A stretch of 64,000 nucleotides of DNA from Macrostomum lignano (lineage: Eukaryota). Every line of letters begins with the position of its first letter. The stretch's first letter is position 1. Where the stretch lies: positions 276,117 through 340,116 of the forward strand of contig NIVC01000900.1 of assembly GCA_002269645.1 (NCBI GenBank). Reading direction: 5' to 3'. Of the stretch, positions 14,502 through 26,800 are shown one piece after another. The position numbers were made by a program, and so were the translations under genes. Under the pieces are notes generated by a model. The model did not search any database. It was given only the letters and a program-made list of their open reading frames with translations, and was not told the origin of the DNA.

Positions 14502-16591
14502 TTACGCATTGTCTGCAACTGCAGCTAGAAGTTGCGCCACCTCGACGTGACCCTCACGCTGAGCTAGCTGAGCCGCCGTCAGCCCGTCAAAGTTTCTCCG
14601 ACGCCAATCGGCGCCAGAGTTCAGCAGCAGCCGGAGCAGAGCGACTTTGGCGTTCAACGCCGACCACATCAGCGCCGTTCTGCCGCGAGAGTCGCGGATG
14701 TCAACGTTGGCTCCGGCCCTGAGCAGAGATCGAGCAATCACCAGCCGCTTAATCTCGCTGCCACCAGCTCCGCTAACCGCTCCACTCTCATCGCCGCCCC
14801 AAGCGGCGAACATGAGTGCTGTCCTGCCCCATGCGTTGCGCAAATCGATCCTTGTTGACCGGCACGTCAGCAGGCATTGGCAAACCTTTGGCGAGGCGTA
14901 GCGAGCCGCGTAGTGCAACGGTGTGCAACCGTGGCCGTCTCTGGCATTGGGATTTGCGCCCAACACGAGGAGCAAAGCGGCGCAGTCTCCCGCGCCTGCG
15001 TCCACCTGATCGCTTTCAGGTCCGGCAGCGGCGGCAGCGGCTGCGGTGGCCGCACAGTGAAGCGGCGTCAAGCAGCGCACTGAGTCGCGACAGTTGACGA
15101 TGTTTGTAGCGTAAGCGGCGTCGACGACGGACCGGTCTACCGAAGTGGCTACGTCGACTGTGACGCCAACGGCAGTTAGGGCGGCCGTCAAGGCGATGGG
15201 GCTACCGGAAGCTGCAGCTGTGCAGATTCGATCCGCCTGCCACTGGGCCAGTTGAGGCTGCTGCTGCTGCGAGTTCTATTGAGCAGGGTTAGAGAGAAGC
15301 AAACATTACCATACTTTAGGGCTGTTGTTTTTAATGCTTTTTATAATGGTTTCAAGAGTGTTTTTGAGTCTTAGTGTCCGTTTAAGTGTGTCATGGTGCT
15401 TCTCTCAGTTATTGCGAGCGTATATTTTTAAGCATTAATATTAACATAAGATAGCACACTAGCTACAGATTTATAGTACACGTGTCTATCCGAATCGCTG
15501 TACTGATTTGTGTACATAGCTTTTAAACGTTCAGTTTGATCATTTTCAAGGTCGTACAAGCGTATATAGCAGAAACTGTGTAGAGACTTATTAAACCATA
15601 CCGTAATGCTCTACTTAAAGTAATATTCTAGGAAAGTCAATTTATTCTAGAATGAATGAGGAATCACGCGCAAACAGAATGATTTAGAACCCTACATTGT
15701 TTGATCAAGGAACCGGATTCCAACAGCTCTATTTGCTTAACCCCATATATGGTAATGCCCAAACATGCATAACCGCTTAATCAAACATTTGTGACCTAAG
15801 TAAATACCCAATCCCAAACCGGTTTTTCTCCAAAATTTTGCTATAAATATAAGTGAAAATTCGAGTCAAAAATTCAGACTCAGAGCGGTCTCTAAGAAGA
15901 CTCTGAAGGAACAAAGAAGACCAATCTCTGAGGGACCCCACTTGTCCAATTGGTAAGCGTTTACCGGATTCAGTTATTTGATTGTTAGCGTTAACAAGTT
16001 AATTAATTGAGTTATACGAGAGCAGTTCATTTTCGATACATTTGAGAAAGGCCTTGTTTCCTAGGATATTCCTAGAGGGTTTATTGATTTAATTGAGTTA
16101 TCCGTTACGTTTCGGACGTAACGAAGGAGCCGCCCTTCAGGAGGACCTACCACAGAAACTTAAAGAATTCAATTGTTCATTAGGGCGCACGTTCTATTGG
16201 TAATTCCGAGCTCGAGGACCGTCAAGAAGTTCTGATTCAGATAAAAGTCAAGGACTCCCGGAGGTAGCGAGCCACCTAAGCCAAACCAAGACGTCTACAA
16301 GCCACTAAAGGATCCGCTGCAGTAAGAGTTTTTTGATTTTGCATATACTCGTACCTAGGCAATTGTTCCCCAGTGTCTAGAAGTGGGAGTTTTCGAGTGA
16401 CTGATCACCACTCTTAAACTCTTAAACTGTTTACTATTGCGTTTGATTAAATTCTGCTCCGAAGACATCCAAATAAGATGAGATTTATTTTTATAGATTT
16501 ATTAGCAAATCTACCGGTAAAAATATAAGATAAGAGCGATACTCGTACTTACGTGAGAAACCATCATGGCTGACTGTTGAACCTGCTGCAT
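14502..16591 (-). CDS. Ankyrin-repeat protein, about 270 aa, two exons: join(16553..16591, 14502..15275)
   Basis: Ankyrin motifs TPLHCAA, G.TPLHYAA, GRTALMFAA, GRTALMWSA, G.TAAQLA. ATG at 16591, 13-codon exon ending CAC|GTAAGT, acceptor CAATAG|AAC at 15275 in phase 0 and open into the ORF. Confidence 0.85.
15579..16425 (+). mobile_element. Solo LTR (family A) inside the ankyrin intron
   Basis: Begins TGTAGAG, ends CTCTTAA, flanked by 4-bp direct repeat ACTG (15575-78 / 16426-29). Homologous to 57768-58510 in the opposite orientation. Strand label is relative only. Confidence 0.7.
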
Positions 16592-17797
16592 GCTGCGTGC
16601 AGTGGCTATAACTGGCTCGTGTCCACCAAAAAATACGTCACAGCTCCGGCTGAGCCAAGCGTTTCCTTCGTTTTATATCTTCATTAAAGCATCTGGGCGA
16701 TGAAAAAAATGAAAACGAGAAGATTGACGCTGAGAGCTTCTCTGCCTGTCATTGATGGGCAGAGAGAAGCGAAAGAGAAAAGCACACAAACTCACTGCTC
16801 AAACTGCTCTTCTGCCACTCTTCGACTCAACCAACAGGCGGGCTATTCTAGCTTGCTTCTACTATTTTTCTCTCCCAATTCTTTCGCTTGCCGGGTACAG
16901 CTTTGGCACCATTCACGCTTAAGCAGTCTCTCTCAATCTGTCTCCTAGTGAGCAATGTAATGCTAAACATTTTAAGCATAAGAATTGCATCTGCAAGTTG
17001 GACTGTTGTAGCTTAGAATTCTTTGCTTAAACTTTCTATGCCATACTGAATGCAGCTCAACTAATCTACTATTTTATTTTACAGATTTATAAGTAGAATT
17101 TGCGTAAAACTTTGTTTTTTCAGGACGCACGCCGCCCATAAATTTTACATTGATGACTCATTCTAAAGCCAATCTAAAATGCGCGGCCGAGACAAAGAGA
17201 CAAAGCTTATGGGAAGCCAACTGGACTTAATTGAAGGAGAAATTCATTGTATAGACGAAACCGGCGATTCTGTTTCTGTCAATAATTCACAAGTCCCGGG
17301 GAAAGCGGAGGGTAGTTCCTGCATTACCGATAAGTCTTCCTAACTCATGAATTGGCATCGCAGAATGGCTATTGAAGAGACCACTTTTTCATCAACTTTC
17401 TGCGCTGAAGTGGCCGCCGCGGAGAGGACGCTGGAAGGAGAAATCCAACGGTAAATTCTTTGTAGAGTCAACAAAGGCGAAATTCACATGTAGATATTTG
17501 AGCCTGTCATGTCAGTAGAAGCAGATACTTCCCGAGAAAATTCGATTTCCTGTTAGAAAGCAACATCAGAAGTAGTATTATCTGAGAGCAAACACGGGAA
17601 ATACAGTGAAATCAAGTGTGAGTTTTTTAGGCCGCTTCCGTAACCATGCCAACATGACGAACAGCCAATAGAATTGTCTCTACATTCCCCCTCCCATACC
17701 ACATGTAAGGGGAAGCTCAGTGCCAATAAAATGTGATGGAGCTAAGGCGGACTCTCACTCCATCGTGTTAATATTCTGTCTCAAACCTTGTTAGAAA

Positions 17798-19764
17798 ATG
17801 CATCGCTACCCGCGAATTACAAAGCTATGTCTACCGATTGCCATGCTAATGACATGCTGCTGCCAGCTGTCTTCTGCTCTCGGCTTCCAAACGGACAGTC
17901 TGACATTCCAACGCACTTCGCTCTGCCCCACCGACGCTGCAGTGATTGCGGCGTCCAACGTTGGAAGCAACGCTGAGTGCTCGGTGCACTGCAGCCTGCA
18001 GCCGCTTTGTGACGCCTTCCACTTTGATCCGGACACTCGGCTGTGCTACACTGGCGACTCCTGCTCGACATTGGAACAATGGACGTCTGGAAGCTGCGAC
18101 ACTTATCGGCATACGGGTGCTTCTAGTAAGTGGGCTAGCACGAATGAATCTGCCAAGGAACACTATTTTCTCTGCGAAAAAAGCGACACTGACTCTTGCA
18201 GTTTGGTCCAATCAATATTCTTGATTCACACAAAAATTCAAGACAAGGTTGTTTCAGCAAGCCAACTTGTGTGAAAAGATGCTCAGAAACTCGTTGATCC
18301 GTTGTTTGTGTGTCAATTTAAACATGGAGAAGACTAAAGTTATACAAGATTTGATGTGGGCAGGGCAGTGTCGCTTCTTGGTCAGCGAAAGAAACCCAGA
18401 CGATACTCTGACTCTACACTTCTCCCACGTTAAGGATAGAGTCATTGTCGTAACGTACCTTGCCTATTTTTCAGAAAACGCTGGTCTACTGAGCCAGCTG
18501 CAGATGAAATTGTTTTACCGATTCACGCACAGCGGCTTACTGAACGAGGTGAATCCAAGGCAGTATTGCCTCACCGCTCGCAACGTGAACCTTGGGACCG
18601 ACGGTGCCCAGCTGATGGGGCACAACGACTCCTATCTGATTGCTAAGACGCCTGGCCTTGAGCACGATTTGGACTTTAATAGAAATTATTCATTCTACAT
18701 GCTAGCTAGGCATAACATGACGAGCGGGTGAGACAATATTTCAAAATTATCTTGACAATCGTGTAGTTTGTTAGAGATCAATTAGGGTAGAGATAAAGCG
18801 ATAAAGATAAGTGGAGAAGAGAATAAGGACATAGGGGGCCTGGGCAGGGAATGAGGAGGGAGGCTGGTGCAGGGAGTGAGGAGGGTGAATGGGGCAGGGA
18901 GTGAGGAGGGGGACTGGAGCAAGAAGTGAGGTGGGGGACTAGGACATGAAGTAGGGTGGGGTACTGGGGCAGAGAGGGAGGTAGGGGACTGGGGCAGGGA
19001 GTTAGGAGGGAGACTGGAGCAGGGAGTGAGGAGGGGGACTGGAGCAAGAAGTGAGGTGGGGGACTAGGACATGAAGTAGGGTGGGGTACTGGGGCAGGGA
19101 AGGAGGTAGGGGACTGGGGCAGGGAGTGAGGCGGGGACTGGGGCAGGGAGTGAGGAGGGGAACTGGGGCTGGGAAGGAGGTAGGGGACTGGGGCAAGAAA
19201 TGAGGTGGGGACTGGGGCAGAGTGAGATGAGGGGCTGGGGCAGGGCGGGATAAGGTGGGGGACTTGGCGCAGAGTGAGGAGGGGTATGGTGTAATGATTG
19301 TTCATAGAAAAAATCTGACGAGTGACTAAACTTTCAGCTACAATTTCTACCACCGGATTCAACAATGCGACGGAACCCAATCGGCTAGTACTTGGGCAAA
19401 ATATAGCCGTTCATTGTACGCCTATTTTCATTGGATGAACGGATATTTCCAGTATCAACGTTGGTCAGCTTACAACCTGTTTACTAACGATGACTCAACC
19501 AGTTTAATCTCAGTTGGCTATTCGTTCGCCGCCAACGCCGAAAGTGTGAAATTTTATTTTAACGGAAGCATCACGTACGCGGAGCCAACGCAAAATGGAA
19601 GCATTGGGAGCGCTGCTGCGAGTCGCTTCAGGTGTCTGCGACTAGGCTATAGCCTGGAAGATGATAGGAGTTTCAAGGGCACAATCCGCTGCTACGGTAT
19701 GAGCAGTCGGAGCCTCACCGGACTGGAGTTCCAGCAGCTGCAGGACTACTGCTCGATGGGCTAA
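17798..19764 (+). CDS. Secreted PAN/apple + LamG/concanavalin-like domain protein, three exons (~17798-18125, ~18364-18727, 19338-19764)
   Basis: Hydrophobic signal peptide; PAN motif C...C...P.C.AF.F......C; LamG-like C-terminus (SVGYSF..VKFYFNG..LRLG..FKGTIRCY). Phase-compatible junctions A|GTAAGT..CAG|GG and GG|GTGAGA..TTCAG|C. Confidence 0.7.
18830..19285 (+). repeat. G-rich degenerate minisatellite (GGGGACTGGGGCAGGGAGTGAGGA-like units) in intron 2 of the PAN-LamG gene
   Basis: Tandem units read directly. The Pro-rich minus-strand ORFs here are by-products of the repeat. Confidence 0.9.
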
Positions 19765-19851
19765 GCCAAGGACACCTAATTGATCAAGATTAAGAGTTTG
19801 AAACATACAGAAACCAGTGGAATAAATTAAAGGAATAGACATGGGTGCTAC

Positions 19852-20628
19852 TACGAGGGCTGTTCCAAAAGTAGTAGTGTTACTTTTCATTATAACTCTT
19901 GTGCTAATGATCCAAATAACATCATTTCGCAAAATTTTATAGCGGCAACTCGATCTTCGTGGTTATAACTTTAACATCTTCAAAAACAAACAATGGAAAT
20001 AAAAGTTACATGTATGAACTAAAATGTAGCAAGAGTCCGACTATATAGACTTACAGTAAGTAAACAATCTAGCGGAATGTAGCAAAAGTACTTTTGATTG
20101 AATGCACTCAAACTTCTTTGTTAGGCCGCTGTCTATGGAAATATATCTATGGAAAAACTCGAAGAAACATATAACTTTTAAAGCAGTGAAATATTTCCCA
20201 TTTGGCTTCAGCTTCGGTGCTTTTTGCTCCCTTCCTTTTGTTGCGCCAAGTCATGTATGTGCATTCAAGTGTTGCTCAGAGGAGTGTGGTTTACATCCTA
20301 TAGGATGATGGGGCACAGTGCAGCCGAGATTCATGCTCAACTTTCATCGGCTCATTGGTTTAGTGCAGTCATTTACCGCAGTCATGCATTTTATAGCATT
20401 TACTTCAGCCAGCTTTACCATTTTTGTCAGCTTTTACTTCGAAATGTTGACTTACTGTACATTAAATGTAGCTCCTGCTACATTTTTGTTTTCATTGTTT
20501 TTTTAAGATTTCAAGTTATTATCTAGAAAATAGAATTGCCGCTCTAAATTTGTGCAAAACGATGTTTTTTGGATCATTAGAACGAGAGATATAATCAAAG
20601 TAACACTATCTTTGGAGGAGACCTCGTA
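19852..20628. mobile_element. Mariner-type MITE with ~100-bp imperfect TIRs
   Basis: Left TACGAGGGCTGTTCCAAAAGTAGT.. matches the reverse complement of the right end TACGAGGTCTCCTCCAAAGATAGT.., with similarity continuing through CTAATGATCCAAA..GCGGCAA. TA dinucleotides at both ends. Confidence 0.75.
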
Positions 20629-23600
20629 CAAGGGGCAGGTAGCTAGCTATACTGTTTGAAATACATGTAAAATTGCTATCTATGGGATATTGAGTCGATT
20701 AAAATAAATTAGATACGTAGTTTGTATTGAATCGATTTCAATTGCACAATATAACTTAGACACTGGACGAGCTAGATAAAATAGATTTACAATTGCATCA
20801 AGTATATCGAAGTCGCTTTGAGTCGAATAGCTTAAGAATTGAAGTCGAGTAGTATAGAATAGATAAAAAGCTCGTATTTAATTTTAGTAGTAGTTATTAC
20901 TGATGAACAGATTTAAAATAACATTCGAGTACATATTGAACAGATGGATATTAAATGAATCAAAATCGTCCAGGATTATCGAATGCAAGATCAATTAACT
21001 TTTTGAAATACTTCTATTTACCCTAAAATGGTTCATAGTCGGCATCTTTCTGTAAAGTTTTTAGACTAGGTGTCCAAAAACGTGTCAATTTATTTTTTTT
21101 TTCGGATGTTGTAATTCCCGGACTATTATTTTTGATTTAGTCGTCGAAGTCATGTTTATTTTTTACCTTTTACTATCAGTGGCAGGTGTTGCAGCATACT
21201 TCAGGTATGGCTTTTTTCTCTCACTTCCTGAAGTCACTTTTGAATATTGATTATGCCTTAAGGACAATTTAATTCAGTTGGAAAATAAAAAGCTAACCAA
21301 ATGCGCACATCATGTTTATATAGTGAGATGAAAAGTGTGCATATCGCACTTATTTTACAAGCCCTATTCTTCGAAAATTGTAGAATTTGACTTATCCTGT
21401 GGTAGTTTTAGTTTTTTCTGTAGCTTATTCTTAATTAATATTAACTTGACATATTATAATAATATACATAGCTATAATACGATAATCCTAGTTAATTATA
21501 GGAATCTTATATCTAATTTCAGTCACCTGTCTTTTTTTCTTGTCTGATTCCAAGACATTTATCAGCTGACAATTTACTTTTTCTCTAAATTTTAGTTTAA
21601 AACATTGTCGAAAAGTATATTGAAGTATCCTTTGCTTAATGGTTTTTACATTTTTTGCCTTTAAAATTATCAAGAAACAACCAAATTCTCCAGCTTCTTC
21701 TATCTTGGCTAAAAACATTTAAATTTGTCCAAGTTATTTTTTACTGTCTTTAGGCGAAATTGTGCATCATCGCTGATACTGTTTATTGTATTCATCAATT
21801 GATAACTTTTAATAACTCTCGAGTGTGAAAAGTTTGTTTTGCGAAATGTCACGTTTTCTCGTAACTTTATTAGTGAGCTGATCAAAGATATTTCCAATAC
21901 ACGATTTCTTGCATACCAATGCCGGATATTCACTACTCATTAATAAATAAATGAAGTAACTGACCATTTAACTATCTAATAAATGATATCTGTTAAAAAT
22001 ATATCCTCTTACTTGGAAATTCTTTTTTAAAACGAAAGCAGGAAAAGCGTAAGTTAAAAGCCGATTAGCTACTTTTTCTAACGTACGCTCGTATTTTATG
22101 GGGGGTTTCTGATATGCCAATTATTACTCATGACGGGATTGATGAAATGCTGTGGCTTATGAAAAAGGCGGAGGGTTGCTGAGATACCAAAGGTCAATTG
22201 AAAGTTGTTGGTATGTCAAGCCAAAGGAAAATGCAATGTCAGATAAAAGTGAGATCTTAGTGCTAAGGCCATACATAAAACACATACGTAAGCGTTTTGT
22301 ATGTTTCGACAAAACTAGTTTAAACAAATTGCTTTTCTGATGCAATTTTATACTACTGCATTACTGCATTATTACGTAATAACATTTAGATCATTCTTCG
22401 CTCAGAGGCTCGAATTTACCAGCCGCCAATTTACCGCTCGACCTGCAACTGCATAGAAATAAAGAAACAAAAGCTATCATAAGAACAAGTCTCCGTTTTT
22501 CGGGCAACAGCGCCGGTGGCACGTGACCGTGAGGTGCAAATCAAAGCGAACGGCGGCGCTCATTTTCAAAAACAACATTCTCGTAGACGCTGAAACTTTA
22601 TCAGTGATCTGTCTAGAATGACTAGAAGACACTGTGACAAGTAGCACATACGGCACACACACGACACGCAATAAGATATGACTGTGTCATTTTCAAATAG
22701 AAGGAGCCTGCTACTTTGTAAAAAAAGTAAATACGTAGTTTTGGCTATCTAATTTAGGAAAAACCTAAAAAACAGAGGGGCAAACAGTTTAATAGTAAAT
22801 CAAAGTAATCTATTTTATTGCCTATAAAAAGAACCAATGAAGCGTTTTAACGCACCCATTAAATTGGTGAGGAAGCAAAAGAAAAAATAAAATTTGAAGA
22901 AAAACAAACTGATTCTCGTTTTTTTAAAGGCAGAAAGAAAAATTCATACAGTTAAAAATAAAAATAACACGACTTTGGATTCGAAAAGTAGATTAAACAC
23001 TTTTCTGTTAAAAAACTGCAGTTTTCTTAATACAAAGGTTTTAACAAAAAAACCGTGGCTTACGTGAATCAGAAAAAAACAAACTGAAACTTCCAAATTG
23101 AGCAGAGCAAGAATCATTGACGGACTTCAACGGGAGACTATGGGGAGATTTTTGGGTAAAAAAAGAAACATCCTATTTATAAGAAGTTTCTTGGCAACCG
23201 TTTTAAGAGAGGGCTTGATAACGATTCTAAAAAATAGATTGGTTGGTGACCCGAAGAAACGGCCTATAAAAGATTTCAAGGGCTGAGGAACAATTCTAAG
23301 AAACGGGCTTGGTAACGATTCTAAGAAACTGATTATCGCTTCTGAGTAACTGATACTCCATTCTGGGAAACTGATTCTCCCATTGAAAAGGGGTTTAATA
23401 TATTTCGGGGGGGGGTAATTAACTAATAGCCTGAAGGTTGATTAACGTAAATATAGGTAAATAAACGTTACTTGACGTGACTTTACTTTACGGAGGGTAA
23501 ATTTACGTTAATTTACAAGTTTGTTAACGTACAAAGTGTTCACGTTAATCAACGTGAATTCGCTCTTTCGAAAGTTAAACTATGGTAAATTAACGAACCA

Positions 23601-23865
23601 AAAGTTACTTTTCGTTTACTAACTTTCAAGATTAACCCTTATTTTTAACGGGCTAGATTCTAAGAAACTGATTCTCGATTTCGAGAACGGCTTGACAAAG
23701 ATTCAAAGACAGGGATTATTAATGATTCCAAGAAGCCTGTTGATACGATTTTAAGACACCTCTTGGTGGCAAATCCCAAGTACACATCTTGGGAAAGATT
23801 CTAAGACAAAGCTGAACGAAATCAAGTATGCTATTAAGCGTGAGCATCCCAAACTGACTCAATAT

Positions 23866-26800
23866 TCAACGCGCGCCAGGGAAGGCTCGACGAAAGCGCG
23901 CTTTGTACTCGAATGCCACCTGTTTGAAGGCGCAGACCACCGGATCGTCGGGATCAGCGGCCAGCTGAGTCAGCAAATTCGCCACGGCCCTGCAGGCCAG
24001 TGAGAAGTCTTTGAGCAAGTCGAACAAGTCGCCCTCCCGAATTCCATTATCGCGAACAATCGAAGCCCGACTGCAGTGAGTGAAAAAGTCCAAAGCGTAG
24101 GCGTTTAACAGTCGCTTCGTAGGCAGCAGCGGAATCAAATTGGCATCGGTGACGATCTCCAATGGCAGCAGGCGACGCAACTGTTCCGAGCTGTTATTAC
24201 CGCTGTTCAATAGCACGCGACGAAGTGCTTCGTTAGAGTCAGGAGTGGTGGGACCCCAGGATAGCCGAGCCAGAGGAGCCACCGCTGACACTTGGAGCTG
24301 GCAATCGCTGCTAGGCACAATGGGAGCGGATTGGCTGAACGGCAGAGCGGTAGAGAATTTCAACAGGCCAGAATCGGCAATGCAGCGCAGGTAGTTGGTG
24401 TAAGTCACAGCTGTGGCCGAGTTGTAGTCACGGACTGCTGATTCAATATCGGTTGGCAGCGGCTTCAGAAGCACCTTGGAGTTCTCGGTTGGCCTAGAAA
24501 TCAGTAAGGGAGAGATGGTACTGTAAGCAGGCTCGCACTCATACACACGCTCAGACAAGGTGTACAGCGGCCCTGGCTTTCTAATAGTCAGGCATGTACA
24601 TTCTGTGCCTTGAGGGACTGGTCCTCATGGCTGTGAATCGTATGTAGTGCATGCGCCCTTGCCGGTTTGCAGGGCGCGATGCACTTTGGGGCTGGCTAGG
24701 GGGGGGGGGGTTGGCGGGCGTGGCAGGGTCTGGCTGGCGGCCCAAGCCGTGCCCCCCCCCTGCCCCGTGCTCAGGGCTGGTTGGCTGCGGCTGGGCCGTC
24801 TTTGGCGCGGGTGCGGCCCCTCCTCTCTAGGCGGGGTTTTGATTGGCTGACCAGTGCGCGTTTGTTTTTTTCTCTAATTTTGTGGGCTTAGCCGGTGAGG
24901 CCGTCTGCCCCCCTCCCCTAAACCTAGGCCTGTGGTGGTATTTTTTTATTTGGGCCCAGGTTTTTCTGACTCGCCCCTTTTTTTTCTCGGGGTTTTCTCG
25001 CTCCTACTGCGACCTGAACAAAGTTTCAAGTGGTTCAACGCGTCAAATAAATCGACAACGATCCAAAAAGGGCAAACGTGCATCTAATAACTCGGCTACC
25101 GGTAAGCCGCCTGTTTGAACTCAGTCTTTCCTGAGAAGCTTGATAGATTACAGTAAATTCTCGCCAGAGCGTCATAACGCCGGGAGAGCGAACCCTTTAG
25201 TGCTTCCAGCAACAAAGGCATTAAGACGCGAACTTGGCACAGAAACGAAGCAGGCTAAAAAAAAATTCACTGCGAGAAGGCAAAGTGAGTCGCCAGTAGA
25301 GCGCGACGGGGGTTTAAAAACACCCCTGCCACCCAAAGGGGGGGGCAGGCGGCGATGTACAATCAACGCGCTTGGCACTAAAGCCGGTTTGTGCGCTTTC
25401 GCCGCACAAACCAGTCCAATATACCATACTTACGAGCAACCTGGTACAGTAATACCATATTGGCAGAGCGTCACAACGCCTGCAGGTACCATCGCATTGT
25501 ACTTGGGCTGGACACCCGAACCGACCCGGGTTAAGACACGTAGGACAGCCCCAAGGCTAATTTTTGTGCACAAGCCCTTAAATCTGTGTTTGCGCACGTA
25601 ATCGAGCCAGGAGTCGTGGCGCGGTGCGACAGTAGGTGAAATTCTAGCAAAAAATCGAAGAGCTTTTTACCTAGCATAATGCAGAATTCCATCAGCCGTC
25701 TTTTTAACCAGAGACCGGGGCAACTCCATTTTAGTGAACAGGAGGCACATGATTCGAACCAATTTCCTCAACGTTTTGTGGGTGAATTGCACTCGCAAAG
25801 GCGGCAATTGAAGCTCAAAATCTGCGGCCGTGTGCTGCTGCTCCCAGCCCCGGCTGTGATTAGGGCGGCCAGAGTAGCAGCTGGCGCACAGGCTGTAGTC
25901 AGACCAGCACTTGGTGCACTTGAATCTCTGACCAACTATCGGTTCATCAGTCTGACAGCCGACGCAATAGAATTCGTAGTGAATTGGCGGCAGCTGATTG
26001 CTGGCTGGCTCGCACAGCTGGCGCAGAGCGGGAGTTCGTAGCAGATAGGTGAGCACGAAGTTGCCAGGCTGCAGGTAGCCCATGTGGCACACTAGGCCGG
26101 CCAGGTCCTGGAGAATGGCCGAATAGTATACCCGTTTAAAATGTTTCCGTGACAAGAATCGCTAGTCATTGCAAACAACTCTTTAGTGACTCTAGCAACT
26201 TGTGATTTTTTAAAGACTCAAACGACTGTAATGCTACGGAGAGGCGACTGCTGAGTTACGAAAAAGTCATCCAAGAGTCGTGATAGCGCTTAACTTTCTA
26301 TTTAAGTAGACTAAACAGAACTGTAAATTCTAAATTCGATTCTAATTGATAAATGCAAATTGACGCAGATTCCTTTTGACGGAACTCAGTGGTTCTAAAG
26401 TGACTCTAGCGCACACACCTTAAGAATTGCAATAATTGCATATATTATTCATACTTCAAATAAAACGGTATGCAACTTGAAAAAAAGCTGGGTGGCCATT
26501 CGTACAACACTAGTAACACTATGAAACTCACCAGCGGAGCGCCCAACTCATTAATAAGATCCTGCCTGTACAGAAACTCCGCACTAAACAGAAAGAATAA
26601 TCGTAATTGCTGCATCATATCCGGCCTCTGATGCGCAGCAAACGGATGCTCCAAAACCGTAGCCGCTTGATTGTAGGCCACCTCGGGATCTGTGGCATTC
26701 CCAGTCAGTAGCAACAGTCTGAGAACGAAAGCGCAGGTAAGCGGAAAGCCGCCCTTCAGTTCTGGCAGGTCGGCTTGGATCAGGTGAGCAATCTTGGAGG

